Shown here: piece after piece, positions 50,046 to 62,210 of the stretch
How the letters are laid out: every line of letters begins with the position of its first letter
How positions within the stretch are numbered: position 1 is the first letter of the stretch
NCBI RefSeq assembly: GCF_037042905.1
Contig: NC_087245.1
Coordinates: forward strand, 27,096,001-27,160,000
Source: Lytechinus pictus
Lineage: Eukaryota
DNA: 64,000 nt
Direction of reading: 5' to 3'
Position numbers and translations under genes: made by a program
Notes under the pieces: model-generated
The model's input: only the letters and a program-made list of their open reading frames with translations
The model's database searches: none
What the model was told of the DNA's origin: nothing

Positions 50046-51809
50046 AAGTGCGTCTGTAGTGCAGACCTAGTCCACCTAATAGCAATAATCCTTGATATAT
50101 GTATCATTTAATAATAGAAATAGTCTGCACCCAGTAAACACCTGCAAAGCAAAAACCAACCAGTGTACATACATGTACAGGATTAATTAAACAAGTTTAT
50201 TTTACTCCACTACCAGTGATAAATTTACACCATTAGTTCAAGACCCCTGGGTGGACAACACCTTTGGTTGTTACTTTACACTCTTTGGTGTTCAACCTCG
50301 ATAGAGTGTATTGTAACACCTCAGCATGTGGTCCTCTAGGGACACTAGCTGGTGTCCCAGTTTTTAGTACAATATATAGATAGTTATGAAATGGGTTTAA
50401 AGAATCACTTCTTCAAATGTCTCCACTTTATAATCTAAATGATGGACAGTATTCTTGTATGCCTTTTGATTTTGACTAAGATGTGTTTTCAACATTGTGA
50501 GTCAATCTGCATCATGCACCTGTTAGGTTGTTAGTCCAATAAAGGTTGAATCCATTGTCAATTCAGTATAATAGAGGATGATTGCCAGCACATACAACAT
50601 GCATGACACCCCCCCCCCAAACAAAATCAAGGTCATTATAATAAAAAAAAAAGTCTGATAGATAAATAAAAAAATAAAATAAGATGAAAGGAAAAGAATG
50701 AATAAATAAATGAAATTGAAAATGAAAAGTGATAAAATTAAAGGGCAGTTTCCCCAATGAAAATATGCATGGTAAATAGTAAATATTTAGAAAGTAAGAA
50801 ATGCCAAGAAAGATACATGTAGCAGGATTATACTCCTTTTACACTCATACTATGCCTTTACAAAAGTAGACCTACCCAATTTTGGATATGATACTCTCTT
50901 TGTACACCTACTTTCCTGACCATTAAAACTACCCTTTTTACATGTATGATGAGCTTTAACTTAGTGTACAAACATAATGTCCATCTTGTAATGATAATCC
51001 CCCCCCCTGGGCAATTTGGTACTTGTACAGTATGTATATTTCATGTTAAAAATTGTTATAAAATAATTACTGTGTCTGCTTGTATAAGTGTGTGGCACAG
51101 TCATGCAGATGTGATTAGACTGTGCGATTGTCTTTTGATGATTCATGACATGCTGTATGTGACTGAATGGGAAGATATTAAAGGTGTATATATCAACTTT
51201 CATTTTAATGAGAGTAATGTAGTATTATAACGATACATGTACAACATTGTCCAAAACAGAGGTGAAGAGATATCATACTAGAGGGAAATAATTACAGAAT
51301 GTTGTTAAAATGTGAATCTCAAACCATAACTTGTGACTTTGAGCTCAAAATTTCAGGAATGCCAAACTCTCAGTCTTGGATCTTCATTATTACATGATGT
51401 ATATTAAAAGGCATATATTATACCTTGGATAGAGTGTCTTGATTTGATTTTTATCAAATGATTGAATGATTTGGATCTGTTTAAACCTGTTTCATCAAGA
51501 ATGTGATGATAATCTCAGACTGTTAAAAAACAAAGTTAATTTAATACCTGAATTACGTGGAAGAGTACTGTAGCGGTTCTAGTTCTCACCAATGTAACTC
51601 TGAGGGTTGAATTCCACCATAGCCTATAGCAGGGCTCCACACTAACCCTTTTTTTCTACTGGTCCAACCTATTCATGTCGGACCAGTAGATACCCAGTTT
51701 TTCCATTTTTTACTGGTCCGAACCTAAAATCTACTGGTCCCCAAAATAAAGAAAACATTAAAAAAAGGCGTGAGTTTATTTTGCTGTCCTTTCTTGTTAC
51801 CCCCCCCAA

Positions 51810-53105
51810 AAAAAAAAATGAAGGAATGAAAGACAAAAAGAAAGCAAGACAAAAAGAAACAAAGGAAGAAATAATAAAAGAAAGGAAGGAAGAACAAATA
51901 AAAGGTAAAGAAAGGATAGATGTGAAGGAAGGAAAAAAGAAAGAAAGAAAGAAAGAACAAAAGAAAAAAAGGAAAGAAAGAAAAAACAAAAGACAGAAAG
52001 TAATGAAAAAAGGAAAGAAGCAATAAAATAAGAAAGAAAGGGTATAAGGAAAGATGGAAAGAAGGAAAAAAGATAGAAAGAAAGAAAGAAAGGAAGAAAA
52101 AGGGTAAAGAAAGGATAAATGTGAAGGAAGGAAAAAAGAAAGAACTGAAGAGGGAAAGGAAGGAAGGAAAGAAAGAACAAAAATAAGAAAGAAAGAACAA
52201 AAGAAAAAGAAGAAATAAAGGAATGAAGGAAAGAAAGAAAGAAGGAGAGAAATGAAGCAAGCAATATAGAAAGAAAGAACAAAAGACAGAAAGAAGGAAA
52301 GAAGCAATAAAAAAAGAAAGAAAGGGTAAAAGGAGAGATGGAAAGAAGGAAAAAAGAAAGAAAGTATTGAAAGAATGAAGAAATAAAGAAAGGTAAAATG
52401 ATAGATAGAAGGAAAGAAGGAAGGAAGCAAGCAAGCAATAGAAAAAAGAAAGAAAATGTAAAATAGATGAAAGTAAGAAAAAAAAAGAAAGACCGAAAGA
52501 CAAAGAAAGGAAGGAATGAGGGAAAAAAAGAACGAAAGAAGAAAGGAAAGGAAGCAAGCAGTAAAAAAAAAAAAAAAAAGGTAAAAGGATAGATGGAATG
52601 AAGGGAAAAAAAAAAGAACAGAAAGGAAGGAATGAATGAAAGAAAGAGAGAAAGGGCTGAAAGAAGGAAGAAATAAAAAACAAGAAATGGTAAAGAAAGG
52701 ATGGATGGAATGAAGAAAGAAACAAAGAATGAAGGAAAGAAAGGGTAAAAAGAAGGAAAGGAAGAAAGAAAGAAGAGATAAATATAGGATGGATGGACTC
52801 AAGAATAAAAGAAAGAAAGAAATCAAAAAAGAAAGAGAAAAAGAAAAAGAGAAAAATGTTAAAAGGACAGAAAGAATGAAAGAACGAAAGACAAAGAATA
52901 ATTAAAAAAGAAAGACCGAAAGACAAAGAAAGGAAGGAATGAGGGGAAAAAAGAACGAAAGAAGAAAGGAAAGGAAGCAAGCAGTAAAAAAAAAAAAAGG
53001 TAAAAGGATAGATGGAATGAAGGGAAAAAAGAAAGAACAGAAAGGAAGGAATGAATGAAAGAAAGAGAAAGGGCTGAAAGAAGGAAGAAATAAAAAACAA
53101 GAAAT
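51810..53105 (+). repeat. GAAA/GGAA purine-rich low-complexity tract with a ~420-bp tandem duplication (continues 57661-57990)
   Basis: 52480-52900 is repeated as 52905-53105 plus 57661-57890. The F/S/L-rich minus-strand ORFs here are artefacts. Confidence 0.9.
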
Positions 53106-53258
53106 CGCCAAGGTGTTGATTATGAATGCATTGTCGCTACATTGTACAGCGCGCGGTTATCCGTTTATCCGGCCTCTTGGCCGTGTTGTTAAATAAACCA
53201 CACACTCCCACTCAATACTCCGTCTGGTAAATTATCTTTATTCATATTAATACTGGCG
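53106..53258 (+). repeat. 5' LTR
   Basis: CGCCAAGGTGTTG...TAATACTGGCG; 151/153 identical to 57508-57660; contains AATAAA. Confidence 0.92.
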
Positions 53259-53268
53259 TGGTGGCAGC
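53259..53268 (+). other. Primer binding site, tRNA-Leu-like
   Basis: TGGTGGCAGC directly after the LTR, complementary to the GCUGCCACCA 3' end of metazoan tRNA-Leu(AAG/TAG). Confidence 0.7.
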
Positions 53269-53420
53269 TTGTGGTCTGAACCTAAGGCCCTAAGGTGATC
53301 CTACCAACAGTCCGATAATTCTTACTCTAAACAAGGGGCCAGGCGCTCCGTTAGCCTAACGGTGATAGGTTTGAGTTCCTTTTGCATTTTGAGTGTGTGT
53401 AGTCCCTTCAACGTATATTC

Positions 53421-55847
53421 ATGTACAGTATGAATAGTTGCTCGACGATACATGTGGGCGTGTCCGCGGCCAAGGGCACCGCCTCGCGAGAGAGCGTGGC
53501 GGTTAACAGTAGAATGGAGCAATGCTCCAATCCTTGTAACTTAGTTATATCCCCATATTTTCATGCTATTGGTGGTTATGACTATAACTATGATGAGAAA
53601 GAAGTAGAAGTAGAGATTAGGAGTGCGTGTGAGGTGAATTTAATCAGCGAATCAATGGCAGAGATATTGGGATTGGAGATAGTGATTGATGAGATGATGA
53701 TTGAAGAAGATTACATTGAAATAATACCTAAATATGTAAACAAGAATGGTATCATTGGCCTGACTTATTTCTCACTCTTCCGTAATGGCCTAGAATTACA
53801 ATTTGATGGTTTGGTTGTTGAGGATGATGCCATGACAAATGCTGGAATTATTGCTGGTGCCCCATTTATGGAGGCAAACGACATCTCTGTTAGACCCGCT
53901 AGGCATCTGATCACATTCAGTGATGATTCTGTTTTTATCTATCATAGTAACTCAAGCGGTGTCGTGATCGACAAATCTTTGGTGTGCGAGAATGCTCGTG
54001 TAGATCTAGATCAGTCTACTCATGATGAGGTTGGTGGTGATGTTGATCCTATGCATGTGGCGTCTAGGCCAGACCCCATTGCTATAGTCCCAGGGAATAG
54101 TGAGCAAGAACTTGGTGTCTACTCGAATGAGAGTCAGCCGAATCTGAGTGTCGTGTCTAAGGTTGTCCACTCCTCCGAGTCTGAATGTTCCTCCACTTGT
54201 GTAGAGTCAAGTGGGATTAGTCAAAACCAACCGAACAGGAATCTCAGTGAAGTTGTTCACATTACTCCCCTAGTGCATGGTGTCGTTGAGCATAGGCCTA
54301 CATCCAATATTGTACCTGATACATCAGACAAGTTTCGTTTGCCTGTCTCGATGGCTCAGTCTCGTCTGTCAGGTTCTAGTTTGACCGACGAAGAAGTGCA
54401 GCTGCCTGAGCTCGATGATTTGCACTCGCCTGTTTCGGCCTGCTCGTTACACAAACCCGATTCTATCGTTTCGCTGCTCACGTCTGATTCTCACGTTTCG
54501 CTGCGCTCGCCCGATTCGTTAGATGTTAAGTCATGCTTGCCTCATTCGATCGTTTCGCCGTGCTCGCATGATCCAGCAGCTGATCAGTCAAACTTAACCG
54601 ATTTGGATCCACTCAACAAACAGCGCTCGTTCGTTTCGCTCGGTGACAATTTCGTGGTTGAGTTGGTGTCTAACATCTTGACATCTCCTCACTCACCTGG
54701 TCATTCACACACTACACCCCACAAACATGACACGTCACAAGCCTCGTACAATGATCCTTACATCAGTACACGGTACTTTCAGTCACATGACCAACCACAC
54801 ACGGATAGCCTGAGAAATCTTCCTCCGGCCATTGTTCGTACCATCGAGATGACTGATAACCACCCTTGTCGCTATCCACCAGATTCTGCAGAAGTCATCC
54901 CTATGAAAGTAACCTGCGATACAGCTCTTGACTCAGAGTTGCCAAATCATGTCGCCTTTGATTCCATCCCAATGAAGGTAGCCTGTTGCGCCGATGGACA
55001 CGACTCTCCGTCACTAGCCCATGGTGCCCGTGACCGTGGTCCTTCAGTAGAGCAAAGAGCACTTGATCACCGTCCTCCATCTTTAGCCTGTGGTACCCAT
55101 AATGACAATTCTTCATCAGTGACAGTAGCCCATGTTGCCCATGATCACAGCTCACCAGAGACAGTCACCCGTGGTGCCCATGGTCACAGTTCTTCAGTGA
55201 CAGTAGCCCGTGATGCCTATGATCACGGTTCCTCAGAGACAGCCCTTGGTGCCCATGATCACGGTTCCTCAGAGACAGTAGGCCGTGGTGCCCATGATCA
55301 CGGTTCCTCGGAGACAGTGGCCCGTGGTGCCCATGATCACAGTTCCTCAGAGACAGTAGCCCGTGGTGCTCATGATCACGGTTCACCTACCTCGAGAGCC
55401 CATGGTTCGATCCTTGACACTGACCTTCAGATGACGGCCAGCCTTACCGACCATCCTCAACTGACAGCCTGCGGTTTCCCTGACCCTCCAGGGCCCCACG
55501 CTGATGACGGAATACATATGTTACCGACCCCTACTCCATTTGCCATTCCTCAGCTCAGTAGTCCCACACCCATCCCTCCTGACATCCCTGAATGTTCTAG
55601 TAAGGTGCCTCTGCCCCTTTCTCACAAAGACAGTAGCCCGCCCATAATTCCCAATCTTTCCCAACCCGCAGGTTCCAGTCTCCATACGGCATCCCATATC
55701 TTTCAGTCAGGTATCACCCCCGATATCCCAGCAGCGGATGATGGCTACCCGATCCAGCCTTGCCTGTTCACCACAGCCCATGACCACCCTCCAGAGTTTT
55801 CCCCTCTCGTACGTAAAGCCCAGGACTTTCACCTGCCCCATTGCTAG
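53421..55847 (+). CDS. 808-aa retroelement ORF: degenerate Gypsy-type aspartic protease domain, Ser/Pro/His-rich region and 13-aa repeats
   Basis: Uninterrupted 2427-nt ORF. SPYF...RSACEVNLISESMA...LQFDGLVVED...IIAGAPFMEANDISVRPARHLI resembles Gypsy pol protease, with RSA where D[ST]G is expected. No RT (YxDD), RNase H or integrase motifs seen. Confidence 0.75.
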   Translation: MYSMNSCSTIHVGVSAAKGTASRESVAVNSRMEQCSNPCNLVISPYFHAIGGYDYNYDEKEVEVEIRSACEVNLISESMAEILGLEIVIDEMMIEEDYIEIIPKYVNKNGIIGLTYFSLFRNGLELQFDGLVVEDDAMTNAGIIAGAPFMEANDISVRPARHLITFSDDSVFIYHSNSSGVVIDKSLVCENARVDLDQSTHDEVGGDVDPMHVASRPDPIAIVPGNSEQELGVYSNESQPNLSVVSKVVHSSESECSSTCVESSGISQNQPNRNLSEVVHITPLVHGVVEHRPTSNIVPDTSDKFRLPVSMAQSRLSGSSLTDEEVQLPELDDLHSPVSACSLHKPDSIVSLLTSDSHVSLRSPDSLDVKSCLPHSIVSPCSHDPAADQSNLTDLDPLNKQRSFVSLGDNFVVELVSNILTSPHSPGHSHTTPHKHDTSQASYNDPYISTRYFQSHDQPHTDSLRNLPPAIVRTIEMTDNHPCRYPPDSAEVIPMKVTCDTALDSELPNHVAFDSIPMKVACCADGHDSPSLAHGARDRGPSVEQRALDHRPPSLACGTHNDNSSSVTVAHVAHDHSSPETVTRGAHGHSSSVTVARDAYDHGSSETALGAHDHGSSETVGRGAHDHGSSETVARGAHDHSSSETVARGAHDHGSPTSRAHGSILDTDLQMTASLTDHPQLTACGFPDPPGPHADDGIHMLPTPTPFAIPQLSSPTPIPPDIPECSSKVPLPLSHKDSSPPIIPNLSQPAGSSLHTASHIFQSGITPDIPAADDGYPIQPCLFTTAHDHPPEFSPLVRKAQDFHLPHC
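55136..55390 (+). repeat. 39-bp coding minisatellite (~7 clear units, AHDHGSSETVARG)
   Basis: Repeated gcccatgatcacggttcctcagagacagtagcccgtggt-like units; more degenerate copies extend upstream to ~55015. Confidence 0.9.
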
Positions 55848-57507
55848 TCATCCCCTTGGACCCCCCATCTACCCCACATCATATGATTTGTGCTCATTAG
55901 GACTGGATTTTATATGTTGTATGTGTTGACCTTTTGCATGTACATTTTTCAGATTGTACTACATTAAATTGCTGTTTACCCCGATGTTGTGTATGTTTTT
56001 TCGTCAACCTGGCTTAATCGTGTTTGATTATATCCAATGTACTTTCTCATTTCTTTTTCCCTGTTTTAACGTGTATTTTGACACTGTAATTAGAGTTAAC
56101 TGTTGATTCATGTTTCGGATTATTGCTGAGTTTAGGATGTGACTTTTCTATGTTTGTTGATGTGTGAGTTAGTGTCTTTGATATTTGCTCACTTGTTATT
56201 ACATTGGAGGTAGAGAGTGTACTAAGTATTAATGTTTGAAGAGTTGACTGGACTGGAATGACTGAAATGCTTGTTTCATGAATGAGGGTAAGGTGCAAGA
56301 ATGTACCATGATGCAGGTTGTGTCACGGTGTTCCTATGAAGTGAAGGTGGGATGAAGAGATAGAGTGAAGAGGTACAGTGTAAGGTGCAAGAATGTACCA
56401 TGATGCAGTTTGTTATGTTATCCTACCAGTATGAAGTGAAGGTGTGATAAAGAGATAGGGTGAAGAGGTAGGGTGATGAAGAGATTACTACTTGATTGTT
56501 ATTGGAATTGTAAATGACAGCTGATGCTTAATGATATGTAGCAGATTTATTGTATTGTTTGTACTGTTTACACCAGCCTACAGTTTAATTATGGAGTAGT
56601 GTTTTGATAGTTTATTGACAAGTAATCATTGGTACAAATATGATCCTCATGTTTTGGTTTGCTATTTTGCCTCACATTAATGTTTAGATTACTTACTATA
56701 GACATTTGTTTATTGATGCATATCATATCCTCGTTTTATTTGGATTTAATATAGTCTTACTAAATAATCGTTTATCATCATACCAGTCATGTGTCTGTTA
56801 TTGTTGTTTTATCATCAATTTGGTATAGGCATTATGAATAATTTGTATTCTCCTTTGCTAGTGGGATATTGTTTGTGTTTGATTTAACAGTGCATTTTAT
56901 TATGTAAATATGTTTGTATGTCAATTGATAGGCAGGATTTATTATGTATGCAGGCAATTTTATTATTTGAAAGTTTCTTGCTTTTCATGGATAAGAATTT
57001 GATTGGAGTTTAGTATAGCTTCATTTATCTTTTTAGAGTGTCATTGTATTTTATTGCTGTGTTTTATTATTTTAGCAGACTTGCCTGATTCACCCTTTTT
57101 TAATGGATATTAAGGAAATTAAGATAAAATGTCAAATGATTTATATGTGTCTTTTAAAACTGCTTAATTATGTGGATTTGTAATGTGTATCTTTGGATGA
57201 TTGCTGAAGTTTAATGGGATCTTTTTATATGCAAGTTATATGCAAGTAGTAATGATTTGTATGTTGAAAAGCATTTGAGTGGTTTTTAGTTTGTAGATGA
57301 TTTAAAGTGTTGAAAGGCAATTTGATATTTTATGCTGTTAAGGAGAAATTAAAACAAATGAGATCTGCTTAACAATTTTAGATATGTTAATGGATTAGTT
57401 GGTGATACATAGAATTGTGTTATGTTAGATTTAGTAGAGTTCTTGTTACTATTGGTTGGATAGTTTAGATATTGAGGGAGAAGAAAATATGAAGGAAAAA
57501 TGAGTCA

Positions 57508-57660
57508 CGCCAAGGTGTTGATTATGAATGCATTGTCGCTACATTGTACAGCGCGCGGTTATCCGTTTATCCGGCCTCTTGGCCGTGTTGTTAAATAAAC
57601 CACACACTCCCACTCAATACTCCGTCTGGTAAATTATCTTTATTCTCATTAATACTGGCG
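57508..57660 (+). repeat. 3' LTR
   Basis: Near-identical direct copy of 53106-53258. Confidence 0.92.
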
Positions 57661-60600
57661 AATGGTAAAGAAAGGATGGATGGAATGAAGAAAGAAACAA
57701 AGAATGAAGGAAAGAAAGGGTAAAAAGAAGGAAAGGAAGAAAGAAAGAAGAGATAAATATAGGATGGATGGACTCAAGAATAAAAGAAAGAAAGAAATCA
57801 AAAAAGAAAGAGAAAAAGAAATAGAGAAAAATGTTAAAAGGACAGAAAGAATGAAAGAACGAAAGACAAAGAATAATTAAAAAAGAAAGACAGTAACAAA
57901 AAAAATTAAAGAAGAGAGGGAAGAAACAAAGAAAGATTGAAAAGAAAGAAGGAAAGAAAGATAGAAAGAAAACAGAGGAAGAAAGCTAAAACTATCATAA
58001 ATAAATTATCAGTTTCTTTTAGGCTCAATTAAGATATAGCTACGAAAGAAACCAAGTGTATCAACACACACACAAATGCATATGTGGGGCTATCATGTAT
58101 TCAGACGATATCACTCGAAACCCGATCTCTTTGAACTAAAACAGAAGTGAAAATTTCTCCTTTTACTGCTTACAAATGACAGTTACCCCAATTTTTTGGA
58201 AATATGGACATTATAAGAGCTTTTAATTAGTGTGAAATGTGAATTTTGACCGTTCTGTGAGAGATTTCTGCCAGAGGTTTGCCAAGCTTCGCCAAGCTTC
58301 GTTCGTGCAGCCAGTAGAAAATTCACCATGTGGGCTGTGTGGCTGGCTAGCCATATGTACACTGTATGTTACCCTAGTAAAAATTGCATGCGATTCATTC
58401 TGTGTGTATTCTGTGTGTGAATGACCAAATTTAACGGGAGGAAAATGGTTTGCAATTTGAGTCATGGAATATTTTTTATGTTTACAATGTATGTTGGACT
58501 AGTGAATTTGACCATTTCTGGAAAAGTTACTGGCCCAACAATGGTTTTTATTACTGTTTATGTCGGACCCATAAATCTTGCTATTTTTGGAAAAATTACC
58601 GGCCCGACAATGATATTTTCTTACTGGTCTTGTCGGACCAGTAAATCTTGCTATTTCTGAAAATCTACCGGCCCGACAGTGATTTTTACCGGTCTGGGAC
58701 CGTCGGACCGGCGCTAGTGTCGAGCCCTGCCTATAGCATCTTAAAGGCATCCATCCAAGTTTTGCCACTCTCTATGGACTCCACTCAGGTGTTGGATGGA
58801 GACCCGGCAGGATGCAAAGTGCCTAATGATTGAGTTTGGAAACTTATGTAGGAATCAGGCTCAATTTTTTTTCTGGGGGCTACTTTTTACAACCTACTAG
58901 ATCTGCAATATTAACATTAAGTTTTAACATTGCAGTGAATGGGCATTTCAATTTTCAAGGCAAAAATTGCTCTTCTTAGACAAAGTTATTTTCCCCTCGA
59001 TTGTTGCCCAGGTAGTGGAGAAAATTGTGTGCCGGCAAACCAGAAATCAATTCATCCAGGGTAAAGAGTCTGTAAAGCCTTTCCTAGAGATCGTTGCTGA
59101 AGCGCTGTATAAAAACGTATTGTTAATATATCCAACACCTATTATGATTTCTTGTACAAAATCCGTTGCCTTCTGATCATGGATATGATATTTTGTCAGC
59201 AAGCCTTTTGAATGAATCATCAAACTAGATATCTGCAAGTCTTTTATTATGAAAAGCATACCAGACAGTCTACAGACACAATAGTTGTTTTTGAGTTCTT
59301 ATTTTGTTTTTCAAAACTGAAAGTCATGATGGATGGTGGAAAGTTCATTCACTTCCTGCACTCTCATACCTAAATAAAAACATACTGTTATTTGAGAACA
59401 TGGCATTTGAAGTGAAAATACATGTATAGAAATTGGAAGTATGAAATGAATCATTCCTAGTCTACAGGCCTAGAACGTAATTGAATTATTGATCAACAAT
59501 TGGATCTCCACTGAAGACTACATGTAGCAAAATTATTGTTGTTTATGATATGCACTGTATAAACTAAAACAACAACAGCAATTTTCTGGGACCATCTGCA
59601 TACAAGTTTTGCCAGAGAATATTTATTAGGCTGCTTTCAGATCGAGTGAAGGGATTGCACAGCAACATAGACTATACTTTTAGACAAACTTTGTATAATA
59701 TTTTGCATTGAAGTCATACAGGAAATAAGATTTTAATACTGAAATAAGATACATAACCACAAATTGTTGTTATTTTCAAATCATTTTGTGGAATGGGAGC
59801 ATGGATAAATCTATATTACGTATTTAGACAACAAATCATTTGATCTATGTATGCACAATTGTTTAACAATGAGTGATAAGCAAATGTTATGTGCCTCCTT
59901 TTTCCATTTTTAGCTTTAATACGTACTGATTTGTTCAGGGTCACCTGTTATGAAGTACATGTCTTCCCAGCTGTCCCTCATTCTCGTATTGTCTTAATCT
60001 GAATTATTTTGTCGATGTTTTATTTGCATTTTTATGTGATCCTCATTTATTAATTTTACCTTTTTTATTATGATTGAAATAAAACTGAATGGATTTTGAA
60101 TGTCTCAAACACCCAAATATTGACTGAATATTGTGTGTTATAGTGTCCCACGTATATGAATCTCAAGTGCACTTATTAATTTTAATGGGGAGGTCATATT
60201 TCTTGTGATGGACATGATCCTATATGACAGGTGGTCAGGAACTAGATCTAGAAACCTCCAGAGGGACAATCCTGTCTGACCTATAGCAGTTAACCATGGT
60301 AACACATATCACAGGAAGTTACTTCAACAATTTCTGGGCAACGGACCTTCCATGTGCATCCCTAGACTGTGATAATTGAGTTGGTCTTTCTTCGAAAGAA
60401 ATCTTGTTTTAATCTTTGATGATCTGAAAGTGAGACTGTGCTAATTATAGCATGCATATTTTATAAAGCAGGTTTCATCAATAAGGAGAGCGTTGTAAAA
60501 CATTAATGTTGGTAATTACATGACGTTACATGTCTATATTCGTTGTGAAGGCTGTCATGCCGAATAGGGATCCCTATATAGATTCACATAATATACCTTC

Positions 60601-61291
60601 TTAACTGATTAAATGTATTGTAACTTTATAGTGTAACATTAATCTTTTAGTTTATTATAGAACTAGATTGGCCTGTGGTTTTGTCAGGAGCTCAGTATTG
60701 ATAATTAGTCTTATCTAATGATAAAATCTTCAAGCCTATATGTATATTAGCTGTGGTAAATTTATTTGTCTATCAGTATCTATTACAAGATGATATGAAT
60801 GTGTATACACTAATACACAAAGTGAATAATTTCAAATAAAAATTGTTTTACAGGGAAATTTTGTGAGTTAACATGAAAGTGTGTTTTTCTGGTGCCAAAT
60901 CAAAATAAAATATCTGCTTATATATTTTCCCCCATTTTTTTAAAGTATGGAATGGTCTGAAAATTCAGTGTATGATCTTTATCTATACACCTGTAGGTTT
61001 TCCAGGCCTATATCCTATTATCTGAAAATTCAGTGTAGTTTTATATATCCTATTACTAATGATAAGTGTTCAAAGAGACTTTTCAAAGAAGAACGCAGAC
61101 TTCGTTCAGAGGGGCGCTGGATTCAATACAATCAATGCCAAACCTGAATTTTAACGGCTGAAAAAAAGATACAATGGCCAATACACTTTATACTGTATTC
61201 ATTGGAACGTTACATGATAAAGTTGTTAAGTTTTATTCACATTATTGACCAGCTTTACCAAAGGTTGAGTCTGGTTTTAAGTTAATGCACT

Positions 61292-61770
61292 ATAGGGCAC
61301 ATGAGAGTAATTCATCCGCGCGCAAAGCATGTCGGACAGGCGTAAGTAAAGATCACATGACTTTATTGATTAAAATAATTCATTAAAAATAGACAAAATG
61401 TTTGTATATCAAAATATAAATGATAGAAACAATGTCATGTTCATGCTCTTTCATAGTTAAGGCCTTTGGGGAGGCTAGACTGCATTTTTCATTATTTCAT
61501 TTTAATTATTATTACCCACAATGCATTTCGGGTTTTTCTGGCAATGAACTGGCCGTAATTATGGTTGGTCTTATTTCAGGCCATTCAACTTTTGATTGAG
61601 CTGGGCAAGTACCCGATTAACATATCAAGTTTTAATGTACTGTTAATTGTGACTAATTTCAGTAAATTAAAGCAAAATCTATCATGGGATCGATTTTTGA
61701 TGATTTTTTGATGAGCTATGATTTAACACGTGAGTGAATGGGGGTCTGTAATACTCATGTGAGCCCTATA
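61292..61770. mobile_element. Interspersed TIR repeat; degenerate second copy at ~20950-21402
   Basis: tatagggcacatgag / ctcatgtgagccctata termini; shared atcacatgactttattga and ttaacacgtgagtgaatggg blocks. Confidence 0.65.
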
Positions 61771-61889
61771 AAGGTCAAATTTTATGATAAGTCAACAGGG
61801 CAAGACAAGAGAGGTCTCCCTTTCACTTTACTGAAAGTTTGACATGAAGTTTTTGGACTGTAGCCACACATGAACCTTTCTACCCCTTC

Positions 61890-62210
61890 ATCAACTGGAG
61901 TGGTGAGATATTTCTACTTTACTGACAATAGAGCGTTTTAGCTCTGTGATGCACGATGGATTCGAGAACACGTTAAATGTATTGAAAATGCCTGTTGAAT
62001 GACAATGAAAAGCTGGGAGGTCTTTGTCGAAAATTGGTGAACCGTAACAGCAGTTTTGGAGCTGAGGAATAATTGAAAATATGTTGTTTGTCCAGAGTCC
62101 AGGACGAAACTGCTGTTTTGATTCACCAATTTTGGACAAAGACTTTTTGGTTGTTTATTGTCATGAAGGGCATTTGACAATACACTTTCTATATTCTTGA
62201 ATCCGTCGTG
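61890..62210 (-). repeat. Interspersed repeat family also present at ~3590-3900 and ~30040-30750
   Basis: Shared block aaatcggtgaatcaaaacag...ctggacaaac in three places (reverse-complement here). Boundaries approximate. Confidence 0.6.

Larger units (their letters stand above)
53106..57660 (+). mobile_element. Non-autonomous Gypsy-derived LTR element, 4555 bp
   Basis: 153-bp direct terminal repeats, tRNA-type PBS, purine-rich tract before the 3' LTR, and a single ORF with a Gypsy-type protease remnant. It interrupts one copy of a duplicated purine-rich unit. Confidence 0.85.
51630..58729. mobile_element. Non-autonomous TIR DNA transposon (CAGGGCTC termini) hosting the LTR element
   Basis: CAGGGCTCCACACTA...TAGTGTCGAGCCCTG, flanked by CCTATAG on both sides (7 bp; 9 bp if the termini are trimmed by one base). 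Subterminal ACTGGTCC/GGACCAGT repeats occur at both ends. Confidence 0.8.

Noticed and set aside
51669..53111. Long minus-strand ORFs (385, 458 and 213 aa) rich in F/S/L
   Set aside because: They are translations of a GAAA/GGAA low-complexity tract, open in several frames because the composition rarely yields stop codons.
53106..57660. Interpretation as a DIRS/Ngaro tyrosine-recombinase retroelement
   Set aside because: Simple two-LTR layout with a tRNA PBS and a protease remnant; no split repeats, ICR or YR motifs.
58967..59176. ORF with PSIVAQVVEKIVCRQ, reminiscent of a LINE RT motif
   Set aside because: The similarity is too short and no neighbouring RT motifs were found.
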